From: an uncultured delta proteobacterium
GTDB lineage: Bacteria; Desulfobacterota; Binatia; Binatales; Binataceae
Direction: 5' to 3'
Length of the DNA: 64,000 nt
Assembly (NCBI GenBank): GCA_963842085.1
Contig: CAWJET010000001.1
Coordinates: forward strand, 2,496,001 to 2,560,000
Part shown: piece by piece, positions 8,956-19,281 of the stretch
How positions within the stretch are numbered: the stretch's first letter is position 1
Layout of the letters: each line of letters begins with the position of its first letter
Notes under the pieces: model-generated
Told to the model about the DNA's origin: nothing
Database searches by the model: none
What the model saw: the letters and a program-made list of their open reading frames with translations, nothing else
Position numbers and translations under genes: made by a program

Positions 8956-10173
8956 ATGAAATTGCCGAGCTTGAAGAATAGCGCGTGGATGCTCGCGATT
9001 GCTGCGCTGGCCGTCGGCGCGGGTTGGTATTTCCTTGCCGGCAGCACGACCGCGCCGAAAATCGTTACCGCCAAGGTCACCGAAGGGCCGATCGTGCGCT
9101 CGGTCACGGCGACTGGAACGGTGAATCCGGTCATCACCGTGCAGGTTGGTACCTACGTGTCGGGGCCGATCACAGAGATTTATGCGGATTACAATGCGCC
9201 GGTGAAGAAGGGCCAGGCGATTGCGAAAATCGACCCACGCCCATACCAGGTGACGGTCGATATCGCGCATGCGACGCTGGCCAACTCGAAGGCGCAACTG
9301 GGCAAGGACCAGGCCGACCTCGACTACAAGAAGGTTACCTACGAGCGCGACCTGGCGCTCTACAAGGCCGACGCGGTGTCGAAGGACACGGTGGATTCCG
9401 CGTACAGCGCGTGGCAGATGGACGTCGCGCAGGTCAAGCTCGACCACGCCAATATCCAGCAGCAGACGGCCAACGTCGCGGCCGCCGAAGTCAACCTGAA
9501 CTACACCAATATCGTGTCGCCGGTTGACGGCACCGTCGTCTCGCGCAACGTCGACGTGGGCCAGACGGTGGCGGCCAGCTTTCAGACGCCGACGCTGTTT
9601 CTGATCGCCAAGGACCTGACCAAGATGCAGGTGGACTCGAACGTGAGCGAGTCCGATATCGGCTACGTCAAACAGGGGCAGAAGGCGACGTTTCGGGTCG
9701 ACGCGTTCCCGGACCGCGATTTCGAGGGAATTGTCAGCCAGGTTCGGCAAGCGCCGATCACGGTGCAGAACGTGGTGACCTACGACGTGGTGGTGAGCGT
9801 GGAAAATCCCGAGCTGCTGCTCAAGCCGGGGATGACGGCGAATGTGAACGTCGTAACGGCGTCCAAGGGCAACGTGGTGCGCGTGCCGATCGACGCACTG
9901 CGCTTTGCGCCACCGGGACAGCTGCCGGCTGATTCCGCGGCGATCGATGGAGCGCCGGGCCGCCAGACTCGAGTCTGGGTTCTCAAGAACCGCGAGGTCT
10001 CGCCGGTCACGATCACCACCGGGCTCAGCGATGGAACCTGGGTCGAGGTGGCCGAGGGCGACGTGCAGCCGGGAGAACGAGTGGTGACGGACGAAATTCG
10101 CAGCGCGGGATCGCACGGCGGAGGCTCCGGGTCGCACGGCGGCGGGATACCCGGGATGCACCTGCCCCATTAG
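8956..10173 (+). CDS. Efflux periplasmic adaptor subunit (MacA-like)
   Basis: N-terminal TM; VTATGTVNPV..VQVGTYVSG, IVSPVDGTVVSRNVDVGQTVAASFQTP, LLKPGMTANV. Confidence 0.95.
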   Translation: MKLPSLKNSAWMLAIAALAVGAGWYFLAGSTTAPKIVTAKVTEGPIVRSVTATGTVNPVITVQVGTYVSGPITEIYADYNAPVKKGQAIAKIDPRPYQVTVDIAHATLANSKAQLGKDQADLDYKKVTYERDLALYKADAVSKDTVDSAYSAWQMDVAQVKLDHANIQQQTANVAAAEVNLNYTNIVSPVDGTVVSRNVDVGQTVAASFQTPTLFLIAKDLTKMQVDSNVSESDIGYVKQGQKATFRVDAFPDRDFEGIVSQVRQAPITVQNVVTYDVVVSVENPELLLKPGMTANVNVVTASKGNVVRVPIDALRFAPPGQLPADSAAIDGAPGRQTRVWVLKNREVSPVTITTGLSDGTWVEVAEGDVQPGERVVTDEIRSAGSHGGGSGSHGGGIPGMHLPH

Positions 10174-10190
10174 CCGCGGGCGTTGGTCCG

Positions 10191-12338
10191 ATGAACACCG
10201 TTATTCAACTGGTCGATTTGACCAAGACCTACGTGCTGGGCGAGGTCGAGGTTCACGCGCTGCGCGGGGTCAACCTGACGATCGAGCGCGGCGAGTTCGT
10301 CGCGGTGATGGGTGCGTCGGGCTCGGGCAAATCGACGCTGATGAACATGCTCGGATGCCTGGACCGGCCGACCAGCGGCCGATACATCCTTGAGCGCGAG
10401 GACGTCGCGCGGCTGGACGAGTCGGAGCTGGCGACGATTCGCAGCCGTCGAGTCGGGTTCGTTTTTCAGAACTTCAATCTGCTGTCACGAACCTCGGCGC
10501 TCGAGAACATCGAACTGCCGCTGTTCTACTCGGCCTGGACCGCCGACGGAGAGAGTCGCGCGGCCGACCTGGTGAAACTGGTGGGGCTGGCGGGCCGCGA
10601 ACAGAGCCATCCCAATCAACTCTCCGGCGGGCAGCAGCAACGCGTCGCGATCGCACGCGCGCTGGTCAATCACCCGTCGATACTGCTCGCCGACGAGCCG
10701 ACCGGCAATCTCGATTCGACCAACTCGGCCGAAATAATGGACGTCCTCACCCGGCTGAATCGCGAACAAGGGATCACGGTGATCGTTGTGACGCACGACC
10801 CCGACGTGGCGGCATACGCGGACCGAATCGTGACGTTTCGCGACGGCGCGATCGTCTCGGATACGCGAAAAGCGGGAACCGCCGCGCGCGGCGGAGTGGG
10901 CGGCAAGACGGCGCCGGCGGCGCAGCAAGTGGAGTCGAAGCAGCGGGCGGCGTCGCTCGTGGACGAGGCCTGGACCTTCGCCAGCATGGCGATGGTCGCG
11001 GCGGGGCGCGCGATCAGGCGCAACAAGCTGCGCGCCGCGCTCACGATGCTGGGAATTTTCATCGGCGTCGCGGCAGTGATCGCGATGGTGGCGGTGGGCG
11101 ACGGCGCGAAGTCGTCGGTCGAGGCGCAAATCAACAGCCTCGGCACCAACCTGCTGATAGTGCTGCCGGGCGCGACCACCGCCAACGGCGTGCGCGCAGG
11201 GCTGGGCAGCAACTCGACGCTAACGGTCGGCGATGCGCAGGCGATTGCGCGCGGCGGCGGGCCGGTCGCGCTGGTGACCTACATGGATCGGCAGGTGGCG
11301 CAGGTGGTCTCCGGCAACCGCAACTGGAGCACGAACATCCAGGGCACCACCTCGAGCTATTTTGCGATCCGCGATTGGCCGCCGTCGATCGGGCGCACCT
11401 TCACCGACTCCGAGGAAAGGGCGGGCGCGGCCGTGTGCCTGCTCGGACAGACGGTGGTCAACAACCTGTTCGGCGAGGGTCAGAATCCGGTCGGCGCGAC
11501 GGTCCGGGTCAAGAACTTCCCGATGAAAGTAATCGGCGTGCTGTCGGTCAAGGGACAATCGAGCTACGGGCAGGATCAGGACGACGTGGTGATCGTGCCG
11601 TTCAACACTGCCGAGCGCAAAGTCCTGGGCGTGTCGGCGCCGCAGTCGACACCGGCGCCCGCGGCGGTCGCGACGGCGAGCACGACCAACGTTTATTCGT
11701 CGGTGCCGACCACCAATTCGGTTTACAGTTCGAGCACCGAAGCGAGCAGCCCTTTCGGCAGCGCGCCAAAGATCACCGGCGTCGTCAACATGATGTTCGT
11801 CAAAGCGAGCAGCTCCGACCAGGTGGACAACGCGCTCGCGCAAATCACCCGCACGCTGCACGAGCGCCACCATATCGAGCCGAAACAGGACGACGACTTC
11901 ACGGTGCGCAATCTCAGTGAGATAGCGGCGGCGTCCGAGAACGCGACGCAGGTGATGACGATGTTGCTGCTGACGGTGGCCTCGATTTCGCTGCTGGTGG
12001 GCGGCATCGGCATCATGAACATCATGCTGGTGTCGGTCACGGAGCGCACGCGCGAGATAGGAATCCGCATGGCGATCGGCGCGCGCCGCATCCACATCAT
12101 GCTGCAGTTCCTGGTCGAGGCGATGCTGCTGTCGGCGATGGGTGGGTTGGCGGGGATCGTGCTGGGGGTCCTCGTGTCGAAGCTGATTTCGGCACTGGCG
12201 CAATGGCCGACGCTGGTCTCGCCGGTGGCAGTGGTGGGCGGTTTCATTTTTTCGGCGGCGGTGGGGATTTTCTTCGGCTATTATCCGGCGCGTAAAGCGA
12301 GCCTGCTGCACCCGATCGACGCATTGCGTTACGAATAG
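10191..12338 (+). CDS. macB: MacB-family ABC transporter (ATPase-permease fusion)
   Basis: Walker A GASGSGKST, LSGGQQQRVAIARAL, ADEPTG; LTMLGIFIGV, GGIGIMNIMLVSVTERTREIG, PIDALRYE. Confidence 0.93.
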   Translation: MNTVIQLVDLTKTYVLGEVEVHALRGVNLTIERGEFVAVMGASGSGKSTLMNMLGCLDRPTSGRYILEREDVARLDESELATIRSRRVGFVFQNFNLLSRTSALENIELPLFYSAWTADGESRAADLVKLVGLAGREQSHPNQLSGGQQQRVAIARALVNHPSILLADEPTGNLDSTNSAEIMDVLTRLNREQGITVIVVTHDPDVAAYADRIVTFRDGAIVSDTRKAGTAARGGVGGKTAPAAQQVESKQRAASLVDEAWTFASMAMVAAGRAIRRNKLRAALTMLGIFIGVAAVIAMVAVGDGAKSSVEAQINSLGTNLLIVLPGATTANGVRAGLGSNSTLTVGDAQAIARGGGPVALVTYMDRQVAQVVSGNRNWSTNIQGTTSSYFAIRDWPPSIGRTFTDSEERAGAAVCLLGQTVVNNLFGEGQNPVGATVRVKNFPMKVIGVLSVKGQSSYGQDQDDVVIVPFNTAERKVLGVSAPQSTPAPAAVATASTTNVYSSVPTTNSVYSSSTEASSPFGSAPKITGVVNMMFVKASSSDQVDNALAQITRTLHERHHIEPKQDDDFTVRNLSEIAAASENATQVMTMLLLTVASISLLVGGIGIMNIMLVSVTERTREIGIRMAIGARRIHIMLQFLVEAMLLSAMGGLAGIVLGVLVSKLISALAQWPTLVSPVAVVGGFIFSAAVGIFFGYYPARKASLLHPIDALRYE

Positions 12339-12563
12339 CTCAGTCCGACGGGCTCTTTCGCGCGTGATCTAATGATTTTCGGCAGAAAATCAGATACTTA
12401 GCGGATTAAGCGCAACGGTTCTTTGCATAACCATTTCTTATGTTTGATGACTTTTATGTGAAGAAAAAATTATTTTGTCCTTGTCTCCCGCGTGCACATG
12501 TGATGACCTGAATAGGTAATTCTGTCAGGCCTGCCTTTTCGCAGTCGCCAGGAGGTCCCTAGA

Positions 12564-13868
12564 ATGCTTTTTCGTTGTACCCGCATCGCATGGAAAGTAG
12601 CGGGTGTCGGCGCGCTCGTGATGAGCTTCGGTCTGTTCGCCGCCACCGCCCGGGCCGGAGTTAGGCCCGGAGACGTCATCACCCCGCAGAACGCGTCGCA
12701 GGTCAAAGACCTGGTGTCACCCGGGGTCTACTACATGGTGACGCACGGTATGCACATGGACATTGTGCCCACCGAGCGCATCGATTGGCCGCCGCCGTAC
12801 AAGGACGCGACCGAAAAGTACTCGTCGCAAGTCCGCTTGACCGACGACCATCGCTCACTGGTCGGCTACGTCGCGGGCCAGCCCTTCCCGCTGATCGATA
12901 CCAACGACCCGCAAGTTGGGACCAAGATCATGTGGAACAACGTGTTCCGTCCGATCAGCACCGACGACTACGACCTGCGCTTTTTCGACTGCCAGATCGA
13001 GTACGTCAATCCGGGTCACGCGCAGAAGGTCATCAACGACATCCAGGTCGGCCATTACGCCGGCTACGACCTGGTGGGACGCACGGAAGTCGAGCCGCTG
13101 CCGATCGATCCCGACTTCAAGAAAACCGGCCGCCTGTGGCTGTTCGGTCTGTACCCGCTGCTCGCGCCGCAGGAAGCGCGCGGCCAGGGCCTGATTCGTT
13201 ATCGCTACGCATCACCCACCCAGGGTGACGACACCTGGGATTGGAATCCCGGCAGCCGCCGCGTGCGGCGCTTGAACGAGTCGCTGAACAGCAGCGCGAC
13301 CGGAGCGCAGAGCTTCGACCCCGACCACTATTCGGGCTTCAATCCGAAGACCGAAGAGTACAACTACAAGTTCCTGGGCGAGAAAGAGATGCTCGCGGTG
13401 GTTCACGCCAAACATTCGCCCGAGGTAACCTGCCCGACCGACGGCGGCGCCTCAGCCTGCCCCGAGGATTGGGAGATGCGCCACATGTACGTGGTCGAGG
13501 CGACTCCGAATCGCACGGTCGGCCAGGCCGGCAACGTGCTCGACAGGGACACCGTCGTGTACATGGACTCCGAAGTGTGGTTCGAGCCGTACGTGGACGG
13601 TTACGACCAGAAGGGCGCGCTGTGGCGCACCAACATCTTCTGGGCGGCGTACCGCGATCGTCCGGTGCCCGATGCGAAGGTGGCAATCTATCCCTTCAAG
13701 CGCGAGTTCATCGTGGGCTCAGCCCGCTACGACGTGCAGTCGGGTTTTGCTACGATGTGTTATCTGCCGGGACAGAACACGCCCGAGCGCGAGTGCTGGT
13801 ATATTAACATGGGCGCGGTGGACAAGGATTTCTTCACCACCGAAGCCATGGTAAAGGCGGCTCCATAA
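12564..13868 (+). CDS. DUF1329 domain-containing secreted protein (copy 1)
   Basis: Signal peptide; PGDVITPQN..VKDLVSPG, YVAGQPFP, DDTWDWNPGSRRVRRL, YDQKGALWR. Confidence 0.82.
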   Translation: MLFRCTRIAWKVAGVGALVMSFGLFAATARAGVRPGDVITPQNASQVKDLVSPGVYYMVTHGMHMDIVPTERIDWPPPYKDATEKYSSQVRLTDDHRSLVGYVAGQPFPLIDTNDPQVGTKIMWNNVFRPISTDDYDLRFFDCQIEYVNPGHAQKVINDIQVGHYAGYDLVGRTEVEPLPIDPDFKKTGRLWLFGLYPLLAPQEARGQGLIRYRYASPTQGDDTWDWNPGSRRVRRLNESLNSSATGAQSFDPDHYSGFNPKTEEYNYKFLGEKEMLAVVHAKHSPEVTCPTDGGASACPEDWEMRHMYVVEATPNRTVGQAGNVLDRDTVVYMDSEVWFEPYVDGYDQKGALWRTNIFWAAYRDRPVPDAKVAIYPFKREFIVGSARYDVQSGFATMCYLPGQNTPERECWYINMGAVDKDFFTTEAMVKAAP

Positions 13869-13916
13869 GCAAGTTTAGCCTGATAAATCGGGGACTTAGC
13901 TTCCCCTGACAGCTCG

Positions 13917-13960
13917 GCGGGGCGGTGCGGCGAAAAGGCTGCATCGCCCCGCGCTTTTTT
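13917..13960 (+). terminator. Rho-independent terminator
   Basis: GCGGGGCGGTGCGGC-gaaaag-GCTGCATCGCCCCGC followed by gcTTTTTT. Confidence 0.8.
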
Positions 13961-14086
13961 GGCAACGGAAATGTCTGAGAGTAGAATTAAAGAACAATTT
14001 GATGATATAGAGGCGTAGATACTTGACTCCGAATAAATTCACGACCCAGAATTGAAGCTCAAATGACGGAGGGAGGTGGCACACTA

Positions 14087-15382
14087 ATGGTCAAGCGTGC
14101 TTTGGGGAAGACAATGCTGAGCGTGGGGATGCCGGCGTTGGGCTTATGTCTCATCGTGGCTTCAGCTAATGCGACCGTGAAGCCAGGCGAGGTCATAGCT
14201 CCCAGCAACGCGGCGCAGGTCAGAGACCTGGTTTCGCCCGGGGTGTATTACGCGGTTACTCACGGAATGCGGATGAACATCGTCCCGACCGAGCGAGTCG
14301 AGTGGCCGCCGCCGTACAGGGACGCAACGGAGAAGTATTCGCAGCAGGTCCGGCTCACCAACGATCATCGCAGCATGGTCGGCTACGTCGCCGGGCAGCC
14401 GTTTCCGTTGATCGATCCCAACGATCCGTACGTAGCGACAAAAATCATCTGGAACAACGTGTTCCGGCCAATCTCGAGCGATGACTACGATCTGCGCTTC
14501 TACGATTGCCAGAGCGAATACGTTCGTCCGGGCCAGGACCAGAAAATTATCGACGACATCGAGGTCGGTCACTACGCCGGCTACAACCTGGTGGGAAGAA
14601 CCGAGGTCGAGCCCTTGCCGGTCGATCCGGACTTCAAGCAGTCGGGGCGGTTGTGGCTGTTCGCTCTGTACCCGGTGCTGGCGCCGGAGGAGGCGCGCGG
14701 AACCGGACTGATCCGCTATCGCTACGCAGACCCGAACCGCGGCGACGACAGTTGGGATTGGACGCCCGGCACCCGCCGCGTGCGCCGCCTGAACGAGTCG
14801 ATTCTCTCCAGCGCCACCGGTGCGCAGAGCTACGATCCCGATCACTATTCCGGCTTCAACCCCAAGACCGAGCAGTACAACTACCGGTACCTGGGCGAAA
14901 AGCAGATGCTCGCGACCGTGCACGCGCAGCATTCACCCGAAGAGACCTGTCCCTACGATGGTGGTGCGACCGCATGCTCCGAGGCTTGGGAACTGCGTCA
15001 CATGTACATCGTCGAGGCGATGCCACGGACCGACAGATTGGGTGGCGGCGCGCTCGACAAACAGACCGACGTTTACCTGGACGCCGAAGTATGGTTCGAG
15101 CCTTACATCGACACCTACGACCAGAAGGGTCATTTGTGGCGCACGCACATCTACTGGCTGGCCTATCGCGACCGCCCGGTGCCGGACGCCCGCGTTGCGA
15201 TCTACCCGTTCAAGCGTGAGTTCGTGGTGGGCGCGGCTTCGATCGACACGCAGGGAAACTTCTCGACGATGTGTTACCTGCCGGGCCAGCACACGCCTGA
15301 GCGCGAATGCTGGTACATCAACATGGGAGCAGTCGACAAGGATTTCTGTACGGTAAAGGCGATGGTGGCCGCCGCTCCTTAG
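14087..15382 (+). CDS. DUF1329 domain-containing secreted protein (copy 2)
   Basis: Close paralog of 12564-13868 with long identical stretches; GGAGG RBS before ATG 14087. Confidence 0.82.
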   Translation: MVKRALGKTMLSVGMPALGLCLIVASANATVKPGEVIAPSNAAQVRDLVSPGVYYAVTHGMRMNIVPTERVEWPPPYRDATEKYSQQVRLTNDHRSMVGYVAGQPFPLIDPNDPYVATKIIWNNVFRPISSDDYDLRFYDCQSEYVRPGQDQKIIDDIEVGHYAGYNLVGRTEVEPLPVDPDFKQSGRLWLFALYPVLAPEEARGTGLIRYRYADPNRGDDSWDWTPGTRRVRRLNESILSSATGAQSYDPDHYSGFNPKTEQYNYRYLGEKQMLATVHAQHSPEETCPYDGGATACSEAWELRHMYIVEAMPRTDRLGGGALDKQTDVYLDAEVWFEPYIDTYDQKGHLWRTHIYWLAYRDRPVPDARVAIYPFKREFVVGAASIDTQGNFSTMCYLPGQHTPERECWYINMGAVDKDFCTVKAMVAAAP

Positions 15383-15420
15383 GCGCTTGCTCGAGCAGCC
15401 TGGCTGATTGCTGAAAACAG

Positions 15421-15469
15421 GCGCGGAGCAAAGCGGCTGAAGGCCGTGGGGCTCCGCGCTTGTGTTTTT
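15421..15469 (+). terminator. Probable Rho-independent terminator
   Basis: GCGCGGAGC...GCTCCGCGC stem followed by TTGTGTTTTT. Confidence 0.6.
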
Positions 15470-15737
15470 CGACTATCCACAGGGCGTTGGCAGGGGCCGT
15501 TTACAAATGCAGATCGGCGGAATACAGTCTGCGCCGTGTCGCGTGGATGCGGTCTCTGCGCCGCCAGCGCGATCCTAAGAAACGGTCCCGCGTCCGACGC
15601 CGGCGCGGATGCGCCTCGCAGGTCCAACGAGTCGCTCTGCGCCGGCAATTTTTCCACCGCACCAAATTTCGTTCGCCTAGCCGAGTCGCGCGTTGACAGC
15701 GCCGGCATCGCTCCACCACAATCGGCGCAACTCACCC

Positions 15738-16874
15738 ATGGCGTTGGCAGGATTCAAGATCATCGACGCGGACGGCCACGTGACCGAGCCGGCGTCGCTC
15801 TACACGACCCACATCGATCCGAAATTCCGCGCAGCCGCGGACGCTTTGCTGTCGCGAGTCGGCGCCGGCAATCTCGGAATCGTTCCGGCGCTGTATCCGA
15901 AGTGGCGCTCTGCAGAACGTCCGCTCGGCGAGGCGAACGAAGTCCTCGGCCTCGGCAAACTCCCGTCGGGCCGCAACCATCCGCTGGCCTCGCCTGCCGG
16001 CGGCTACGATCCGGCCGAGCGCATCCGCGACATGGACAAGGAGGGTATCGACATTGCGGTCTGCTTCGCGACGGTGGCGACTTCGGTATGCGCCGCGAGC
16101 GATCTCGCGATGGAAGCCGCCCTCGCGCGCGCCTACAACCGATGGGTCGGCGAGTATTGCGGCGCGTTCCCGGCGCGGATCAAAGCGGTCGGGATCGTTC
16201 CGCAGCGCGAGATGGAGCGATGCGCCGCGGAGGTCGCGTATCTTGCGCGCGAGCCGTGGGCGGTCGGCATCATGACCTTCGGCAATCTCGACGGGATGCT
16301 GCCCGACCATCCGTACTTCGATCCGCTATATCGAGCCGCGCAGGACGCCGAATTGCCGCTCTGCTTTCACGGCGGCACCGACCGTCCGCCGTTCGCGCCG
16401 GGCCGCGAGGATGTGGGCAACAACATGTTCATGATGCATCTGACCGGGCACGTCTGGCATCAGATGCGCGCGATGGCGGCTGCAGTCGGCGGCGGATTGT
16501 TCGAGCGCTACCCGACGCTCAGGCTGGGCTTCTTCGAAGGCGGAATCTCATGGGTGCCGTGGTGGGCCGAGCGGATGGACGCGCATTACAAGCACTTCGC
16601 GCGTCACACGCCGCATCTGACGCGCAAACCGTCCGAGCACATGCGCGGGGAGCGATGCTTCTTCACGTTCGATCCCGACGAGACGATGCTGCCCGAGGCG
16701 ATGCGCCTCCTGGGCGTGCCGCGCCTGATGTGGGCCTCGGACTATCCGCATTTCGACGCCGAGTTTCCCGACGCCGCCGAAATCGTGGTCAACAATTGGC
16801 GCCTCTCACCCGACGAGAAGCGCGCCCTCCTGGCCGAAAACGCGCTGCGTTTCTTCCGGCGAATCGCCGCGTAA
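15738..16874 (+). CDS. Amidohydrolase family 2 protein
   Basis: IIDADGHVTEP, RIRDMDKEGID, ARAYNRW, LCFHGG, FFEGGISW, WASDYPHFD. Confidence 0.93.
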   Translation: MALAGFKIIDADGHVTEPASLYTTHIDPKFRAAADALLSRVGAGNLGIVPALYPKWRSAERPLGEANEVLGLGKLPSGRNHPLASPAGGYDPAERIRDMDKEGIDIAVCFATVATSVCAASDLAMEAALARAYNRWVGEYCGAFPARIKAVGIVPQREMERCAAEVAYLAREPWAVGIMTFGNLDGMLPDHPYFDPLYRAAQDAELPLCFHGGTDRPPFAPGREDVGNNMFMMHLTGHVWHQMRAMAAAVGGGLFERYPTLRLGFFEGGISWVPWWAERMDAHYKHFARHTPHLTRKPSEHMRGERCFFTFDPDETMLPEAMRLLGVPRLMWASDYPHFDAEFPDAAEIVVNNWRLSPDEKRALLAENALRFFRRIAA

Positions 16875-16879
16875 CCGGG

Positions 16880-17926
16880 TCAAACCTTGAAGCGAATGTG
16901 AATCATGTCGCCGTCGCGCATCACGTAGTCGCGGCCCTCGAGTCTTAGCTTGCCGGCCTCTTTGACCTTCGCGTCGGACTTGTGGATGGCAAAATCCTCG
17001 TAGCTGACAACTTCAGCGCGGATGAATCCGCGCGCGATGTCGGTGTGAATCACGCCGGCCGCATCCAGAGCCGATTCGCCGCGGCGGAGCGACCATGCAT
17101 GGGCTTCGGGCTCGCCGGCGGTGTAAAAGGTGATGAGCCCGAGATGGTTGTAGAGCGCGCCGATCAGGCGGTAGCGCGCGGGCGCGTCGAGGCCAGCGTC
17201 CTTGAGCATCTCTTTTTGGCCGGCCTCATCAAGTTCCCACAACTCCGACTCGAAGGCGGCTGCCAGCCTGAAGACCTCGAGTCCGTGCGCGCGCACGGTG
17301 GCGCACTCGGCATCGGTGATGTCGGCGGCGGCGCGTTCCATCTCGCAGTTGACGGTGACCAACGCCGGCTTGCGCGAGAGAAACCCGAAGCTCGAAAACG
17401 CCTGGTTCTCCTGCGCGGTCAGCTCGAGCAGCCTCAGCGCCTTGCCGTCGCCGAGCCACGCGATCACTTTCTCGAGCGCCGTGCGCTCGAAATCGCTGCC
17501 GCCCTTTTCTTTCTTCAGCCGCTCGAGGCGGCGCTCGGCCTGATCGAAGTCGGCGAACACCAGTTCGCCCTCGATGCTCTCGAGCGTCGCGACCAGATCT
17601 TTTTCCATCCCGGCGAACTGCGGAATGACGATCAGCAGCGCGTCCATGTCGCGCACCAGCGGCAGCAGGCTCGGGTCGAGCGCGGCGCCCTCCTTCTGCT
17701 CCTTGGGATTTGGCGCGAAGTCGAGGATGGTGAGCTCGACCGGAATTTTTTTCTTCGAGCCGTAGGCCGCTTCAAGAAAATCGAGCCGCGGATCCGTGAC
17801 CTTGATTTGTCCGGGACGCGCGCGATTGCGGCCCTCAGCCGTTCCCGGAATCGGTGCGAGTCCTGTCAGCGCGCGAAATACGGTCGATTTTCCGGCGCCC
17901 CGCGCGCCGATGATGCCAGTCTTCAA
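16880..17926 (-). CDS. ychF: YchF/OLA1-family ATPase, divergent
   Basis: P-loop GARGAGKST, DPRLDFL, LGLITFYTAG, AAGVIHTDIARGFIRAEV, GKLRLEGRDYVMRDGD TGS domain. Confidence 0.85.
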   Translation of the reverse strand: MKTGIIGARGAGKSTVFRALTGLAPIPGTAEGRNRARPGQIKVTDPRLDFLEAAYGSKKKIPVELTILDFAPNPKEQKEGAALDPSLLPLVRDMDALLIVIPQFAGMEKDLVATLESIEGELVFADFDQAERRLERLKKEKGGSDFERTALEKVIAWLGDGKALRLLELTAQENQAFSSFGFLSRKPALVTVNCEMERAAADITDAECATVRAHGLEVFRLAAAFESELWELDEAGQKEMLKDAGLDAPARYRLIGALYNHLGLITFYTAGEPEAHAWSLRRGESALDAAGVIHTDIARGFIRAEVVSYEDFAIHKSDAKVKEAGKLRLEGRDYVMRDGDMIHIRFKV

Positions 17927-18149
17927 TTTGCGCCACCTTAATCGCTTACAAACCGTCCAACTTACTGCTAACGGGGAACAGTCGTACTACATTAGCGTGG
18001 TGAGATTGCAACCCAAAAGACTTAGAATTTTTCGCATCATGGCGTTGCGTACACAGCACGGCGGGCTTGCGCGGGAAGAAGACCACCCGTCGCGCCTGAT
18101 CTGCCGGGCGGTGATGGCGCGGGCGCTCGGCGAGCCGTCGAGGTAGGAG

Positions 18150-18710
18150 ATGAGCTACAAGCTGCGCCTGCCGGCGCGCCCGCTCTCGCGCGAAGCGTAC
18201 GAGCGCGAGCTCGTGCGCATAATCGAAGAGTTTCAGACCCGCGCCGCATGGTCGGAGGTCTGCGGCAAGCTGCCCGCGATCGTCAACGCGGTCGCGTTAT
18301 CCGACGCTGACCCGCCGAGCTGCCACGACCTCTGGGATAGGTACGGCGTCGCGCTCGCGCGCAAGGAGCGCCACCTCGCGGGCCGCCTCCGCCTCCTCGT
18401 GACGCGCGGTCAGCTCGAGGTCGTCGGTCATCATATCAGGTACCGCGCCGCGCTCTACCGCGCTATCTCGGTGCAGCGCAAGCGCTCGGCCGCAACCCTG
18501 TGGGTGAACGCGCGGCTGGACGCGCTTGACGCTTCGCGCGCCACTGGTGGCTGCGTTGCAGCGCGCGCGGCACCGGCCGACGACCGCGAGGAGGCGATCG
18601 TCGCCGAGCGGCTGTCCGGGAAAACGCTCGCCGCGATCGCTGCCGCGCGCGGCTTGACGCGCGAGCGCGTGCGCCAGATCATAGTCAAGACGACGGGAGG
18701 GATGAGATGA
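18150..18710 (+). CDS. Hypothetical protein with C-terminal sigma-70 region 4-like HTH
   Basis: REEAIVAERLSGKTLAAIAAARGLTRERVRQI; AGGAG RBS; stop overlaps the next ATGA. Confidence 0.65.
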   Translation: MSYKLRLPARPLSREAYERELVRIIEEFQTRAAWSEVCGKLPAIVNAVALSDADPPSCHDLWDRYGVALARKERHLAGRLRLLVTRGQLEVVGHHIRYRAALYRAISVQRKRSAATLWVNARLDALDASRATGGCVAARAAPADDREEAIVAERLSGKTLAAIAAARGLTRERVRQIIVKTTGGMR

Positions 18711-19281
18711 CTGTCCGAGGAGACCGCCGAGGCTGAAAAAGCCCTGCGCTTTCGGATGACATCTCGAGGGTCTTTAGATTCTCTCCGAGCTCCTCAGGGT
18801 CCCACCACTTAAGCCTCCATGGGCTTCTCCATCCGGGTGGTTGAGTCAAACCCCTATTGGGCTATTTCAACTGACGCTTGACCTTCACCCGGAACGCCTG
18901 CAATCGACGTTCGGGCCGCGGCCATTTGATATTTGGTGGGTGGTTTCCTGCATTCGCTGAGTCGATGTCGGGCTGGCGTAGGACTTCCACCGGGCGTCCT
19001 TTTAGAAGGGAAAAGAGGGTTGTTGGTACTTGCAACGAAAGCGCCGATGGCGATGTAAGGCCATGGTCCGGCGCGTCGATTTCCGACGGACCGGAGCTCC
19101 GTTGTTGGATTGAAAATGGCTTTGTTTTGCAAATTTTGATCAGGCCGATTGCACCCCTGCCATTGCCGATTTCGGTCGGCTTTTTTGGTTTGCTTCTGCG
19201 TCATACGATAGAAAAAGACAATAGATGATAACTTTCGATTTGCATCAAATTTAGCCAATTCCCGGCACTCGGAAGTGACCC

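Noticed and set aside
7622-12311. Long antisense ORFs opposite the CoA-transferase and macAB
   Set aside because: Shadow ORFs expected from high-GC codon bias.
17930-18900. att-like copy of the tRNA-Thr 3' end bounding the left island
   Set aside because: No convincing match to GGCGGGTGGCTCCA found by eye.
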